A stretch of DNA of 64,000 nt from an uncultured Candidatus Saccharibacteria bacterium (lineage in GTDB: Bacteria > Patescibacteriota > Saccharimonadia > Saccharimonadales > Saccharimonadaceae), in NCBI GenBank assembly GCA_964584145.1, contig CAZOYU010000002.1, positions 19,956 through 83,955 on the forward strand. Direction: 5' to 3'. The position numbers and the translations under genes were made by a program. The notes beneath the pieces were generated by a model that was given only the letters and a program-made list of their open reading frames with translations, was not told the DNA's origin and searched no databases. Of the stretch, positions 61,049 through 64,000 are shown piece after piece. Every line of letters begins with the position of its first letter. Position 1 is the stretch's first letter.

Positions 61049-62083
61049 ATGCAGTTACTTACTTTTTTCGCTGAAACTTGTATGGATACACTGCTTTTTG
61101 GTCAGATTTGTGACGACTGTCAGGGTGGTCCAATCTTGAAACTTGTTCTTATGGCCGTACGGATTCTTACTTACGGCTTTGGTCTGCTTGCTACTATCGG
61201 CATTATTATTGTTGGCGTTAAATATCTGACTGTCCGCGATAATCCTGATCAAGTTGCTCACGCCAAAAAGCGCCTATTCGAAATTGTTATAGGTATTGTT
61301 GTCTACGGCATGATGTATTTGATTATTGGCCTGCTTACGCCGGGAAATATTATGAATATTACTGCCGATACTAGCACTTCGACTTGCAGTAACCCAACTG
61401 TTGCTGAGCCTTCGCCAATTAACGGCGGTCCAGTCGATAGTGGCGTCGATTACGATGGCAATAACACTAGCACATCTGCCATCAGTACGCCTGCTAAAGC
61501 CAGCACCAAAGCTCGGCAATTAGCCATCAATGCTGTTTATGCCGCTTGGCCATATACGAGCGGCGAACATGCCGGCAAATGCCAGAAGCCAAACGGTAGT
61601 TGGGTAACTTGGAATGAAGACAAATGGGGTGGTAACGATAAAAATTGGTGCGGCTATAGTCTTAAGCCGGAAAACAAGGAGCTCTATAAGACTGCTCGCA
61701 AGACGGGCGACTTTACTGCCAAAGACAAAATTTTTAACACTTATGTTCAGGACTGCGTATATTTTATGCAAGCGCTAGTGTACTATACGGGTATAACGAG
61801 TAAACTGAGTGAGTTCCCGACAAATCGCGCAACTAGCCAGTGGAATTATATGAAAGGGTCCAGTAAATGGCAGGAGATCACTAATAATAGCAATACTAAA
61901 AACCTTCAACCGGGCGATATTCTCGTGAACGATAAGCATGTGATGGTTTATGTCGGCGAATATGGCAATGGTTATGGTAATACGGTCGGTGCTTCGCGGG
62001 GGACTTGGGCGGCGCGAATTCATAGTATCTATTATTCGAATAGTTCGGGTAAATTTCACATTTTTAGGTATATTGGCTCATGA
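61049..62083 (+). CDS. T4SS-pilin-like two-TM N-domain fused to a putative NlpC/P60-like (papain-fold) cell-wall hydrolase domain
   Basis: 344 aa. GLLATIGIIIVGVKYLTVRDNPDQVAHAKKRLFEIVIGIVVYGMMYLIIGLL resembles TrbC/VirB2-like small pilins. The C-terminus has candidate Cys (YVQDCVYFMQ) and His (LQPGDILVNDKHVMVYVG) motifs. Confidence 0.55.
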   Translation: MQLLTFFAETCMDTLLFGQICDDCQGGPILKLVLMAVRILTYGFGLLATIGIIIVGVKYLTVRDNPDQVAHAKKRLFEIVIGIVVYGMMYLIIGLLTPGNIMNITADTSTSTCSNPTVAEPSPINGGPVDSGVDYDGNNTSTSAISTPAKASTKARQLAINAVYAAWPYTSGEHAGKCQKPNGSWVTWNEDKWGGNDKNWCGYSLKPENKELYKTARKTGDFTAKDKIFNTYVQDCVYFMQALVYYTGITSKLSEFPTNRATSQWNYMKGSSKWQEITNNSNTKNLQPGDILVNDKHVMVYVGEYGNGYGNTVGASRGTWAARIHSIYYSNSSGKFHIFRYIGS

Positions 62084-62478
62084 GATTTGATGGATTAAAC
62101 ATGCAACAAAAGAAAATCGCACTACTGGTTTTTGGTGGCATTGTCGCGATTTTGGCAATCATTTCAGTCGTTGTTATTACGACTCAGTCTGGCGGCGAGA
62201 TCGGTGGTGGCGGTAGCTATGAAGATGACCGCGCTCATGATGAAGAAGCGGCGGCCTATTATGAACAATACCCAATTATTTCGCACTTGCCGATTATTGG
62301 CGATGGCTACCGTATTGACTATGGTATTTGCGAGCAACGCGATGCGGATTTTTGTATCATGATTTCGTCCAACTCGCCCGAAGCGCGCGAGCGTGCTCAG
62401 GTCGCACTCTACAACGCCGACAGTAGTCAATCTGGTAAATATCCAATTGAATATTATGATTTGGAGGATAGTGAATAA
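62080..62478 (+). CDS. small membrane-anchored hypothetical protein
   Basis: 132 aa. TM helix IALLVFGGIVAILAIISVVVI followed by an acidic ectodomain. Start and stop codons overlap both neighbours. Confidence 0.6.
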   Translation: MRFDGLNMQQKKIALLVFGGIVAILAIISVVVITTQSGGEIGGGGSYEDDRAHDEEAAAYYEQYPIISHLPIIGDGYRIDYGICEQRDADFCIMISSNSPEARERAQVALYNADSSQSGKYPIEYYDLEDSE

Positions 62479-64000
62479 TGCTTGATAAAATTTGCTCGAT
62501 ATTTAAACGGCTTCGGGGGGGGGCAGTTAAATGGCCTGCCGCGCCATATGTATATACGGTATTACTAGTTGTCATTATTTTATCTATTACGTTGATTAGT
62601 CTCGGAATTTATCCTTTCGGTGATCGCGCTTATCTTTGGGCAGACGCAGATCAATACCTCGGCATTGAGCAATATTTCAGCACACTCGCCAGTGGTGATA
62701 ATGATATTTTTTACTCATGGGGCAATGTTCTCGGCGGCAATGCGCTTTCGCAGCTTGCCTACTATTCATTTAGCCCATTTAATCTGCTATTTATTATTTT
62801 TAGTGGCCACCTCATTTTTGCTGCTCATGCCGTAGTCTACCTCAAAATTTTATGCTGTGCACTAGCTTTCTGTTTTTGTCTTAATTATTTCCATCGACAA
62901 AAATATCCATTCATGCAGGCATTATTCTCGGTCAGCTATGCTTTTATGGGCTATCTTGTTTTTTATGGCTGGAACGCCTCTTGGATGGATGGAGTTATCT
63001 TATTGCCATTAATGTTTGTCGGCATTTATCGCATCATTGAAGCCAGACGTAGTTTGCTATATATCATAGCGCTCGCTCTTGCTCTTATCTCTAATTTTTA
63101 CATCGGGTTTATGCTCTGTCTCAGTTCGTTGATCTTTTATTTCGCGCTTATCTTACGTCTTTGTCCAAAATTTTGGACGAGCATTCGCAAAACTATTCGC
63201 GTGTATTTGTCCGCATCTGCGGTGAGCGTTGGCCTTTCGGCCTTTATACTTATTCCAACCTACTTCGCATTGCCCGCCGACCGTAAGCTATCGATTTTTG
63301 ACATGATCTGGCATAGTTCGCTTAATGCTACTCCCGCCGAAATTCTTTCTGGTCTTTTTACTGGGCAAAGCAACACACTCAACGCCAATTCGCCACTCAT
63401 CTATGTTGGCATTCTTCCGCTTGTTCTGAATATTTTATTCTTTGTCCGCCGCCAAAATCCGCTCAAGCATAAATTGCTTGCCGTTGGTCTGCTATTAGCA
63501 TTAGTCTTTAGCTTCATGAATAGCTTCATTAACCAGATTTGGCACGGCTTTAGTAATAATTCTTGGTTTAATTATCGCTATTCTTTTGTACTCAGCTTCA
63601 TTATTTTGCTGATTGCCTACGAGTCCTATCTTCAATTGCGTCGGTGGGCTTGTACTAAACGCGATTGTCTCCTTGTTGTCGCCGTTCTACTTTTGCTGAC
63701 TACTTTCGTTTTGCAAAACGCTAACCATAAAATTTTTCTCGCTACACTCAGCCTCGATCTTATTTTTGCGATTCTTGCGATTGCTTTATTATCCCAGAAA
63801 CGACATTGTGCTGAAATTTTCGGCATAATTTGTGCTGGCGGTATTGTCTTTTCGCTTTTAGTTAACAACTATCTCTATCTTCGTGCGCAGAATTTTCAAT
63901 CCGTCTCTGCCTATGATGCTAGTAGCGCTATCGTGGCCGATGCTAAACAGGTGATTAATGATGACTCTTTCTATCGTATGGATAAAAATTGGACGCACGG
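62478..64000 (+). CDS. YfhO-family polytopic membrane glycosyltransferase (3'-truncated by the window end)
   Basis: The frame opened by the ATG at 62478 (TAATG overlap with the upstream gene) stays open to position 64000. It is absent from the ORF track because there is no stop in the window. GIYPFGDRAYLWADADQYLGIEQYFS...FYSWGNVLGGNALSQLAYYSFSPFN is YfhO-like. Confidence 0.8.
   Translation, partial: MLDKICSIFKRLRGGAVKWPAAPYVYTVLLVVIILSITLISLGIYPFGDRAYLWADADQYLGIEQYFSTLASGDNDIFYSWGNVLGGNALSQLAYYSFSPFNLLFIIFSGHLIFAAHAVVYLKILCCALAFCFCLNYFHRQKYPFMQALFSVSYAFMGYLVFYGWNASWMDGVILLPLMFVGIYRIIEARRSLLYIIALALALISNFYIGFMLCLSSLIFYFALILRLCPKFWTSIRKTIRVYLSASAVSVGLSAFILIPTYFALPADRKLSIFDMIWHSSLNATPAEILSGLFTGQSNTLNANSPLIYVGILPLVLNILFFVRRQNPLKHKLLAVGLLLALVFSFMNSFINQIWHGFSNNSWFNYRYSFVLSFIILLIAYESYLQLRRWACTKRDCLLVVAVLLLLTTFVLQNANHKIFLATLSLDLIFAILAIALLSQKRHCAEIFGIICAGGIVFSLLVNNYLYLRAQNFQSVSAYDASSAIVADAKQVINDDSFYRMDKNWTH
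62515..62523 (+). repeat. G9 homopolymeric tract in codons 13-16 of the YfhO-like gene
   Basis: cttcGGGGGGGGGcag, counted directly across the line break (6 + 3 G). Confidence 0.95.

Noticed and set aside
1-64000. Search by eye for CRISPR arrays, rRNA genes, IS/transposase or integrase genes, prophage modules, toxin-antitoxin pairs and riboswitches
   Set aside because: No direct-repeat/spacer arrays, rRNA-like segments, DDE/tyrosine-recombinase motifs or long structured 5' leaders were seen. Intergenic gaps are nearly all under 160 nt. Absence is based on visual inspection only.

Overview
This is a gene-dense 64-kb chromosomal segment with about 58 CDS and 5 tRNAs. I saw no rRNA, CRISPR array, transposase or phage genes.

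**Backbone.** Most genes are housekeeping: glgB, dut, yebC, recA-recX, tilS, rsmA, metG, comEC, tsaE-tsaB, rny, rnhA, rpsT, pgsA, dgkA, ftsH, murJ, galU, gatC-gatA-(insert)-gatB, an HTH-MurA fusion, and nrdDG preceded by NrdR boxes.

**Likely source (inference only).** The content suggests a small-genome monoderm such as Patescibacteria/Saccharibacteria. Supporting points are a half-length tsaB, a short comEC without a nuclease domain, only the anaerobic RNR, LtaS/YfhO/GT39-type envelope genes, many bitopic orphan proteins, and prepilin-like genes.

**Stand-out locus (about 17.58-36.84 kb).** A 19-kb accessory locus lies entirely on the + strand between hairpin terminators.
- It holds three tandem copies of a translationally coupled gene pair.
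- A is a 250-361 aa bitopic membrane protein with an acidic/coiled-coil cytoplasmic head and a helical TPR-like ectodomain.
- B is an 1160-1637 aa signal-peptide giant protein. All three B copies share an ~830-900 aa C-terminal core ending in ...PTRY. Their N-termini are modular, variable and A+T-rich.
- Four oversized prepilin/PilX-like pseudopilin genes follow directly.
- I recognise no described family for A or B. I propose this as a candidate cell-surface/host-contact system linked to a type IV pilus or pseudopilus.

**Other notable items.**
- A G9 homopolymer sits in codons 13-16 of a YfhO-type glycosyltransferase gene.
- A membrane-anchored protein with an Rx4H (HEPN/DUF4145-like) motif is nested inside gatCAB.
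- A T4SS-pilin-like domain is fused to an NlpC/P60-like domain.
- -10 boxes lie 6-8 nt upstream of the ATG of operon-leading genes, which suggests leaderless mRNAs.

All family assignments are motif recognition by eye, because no searches could be run.
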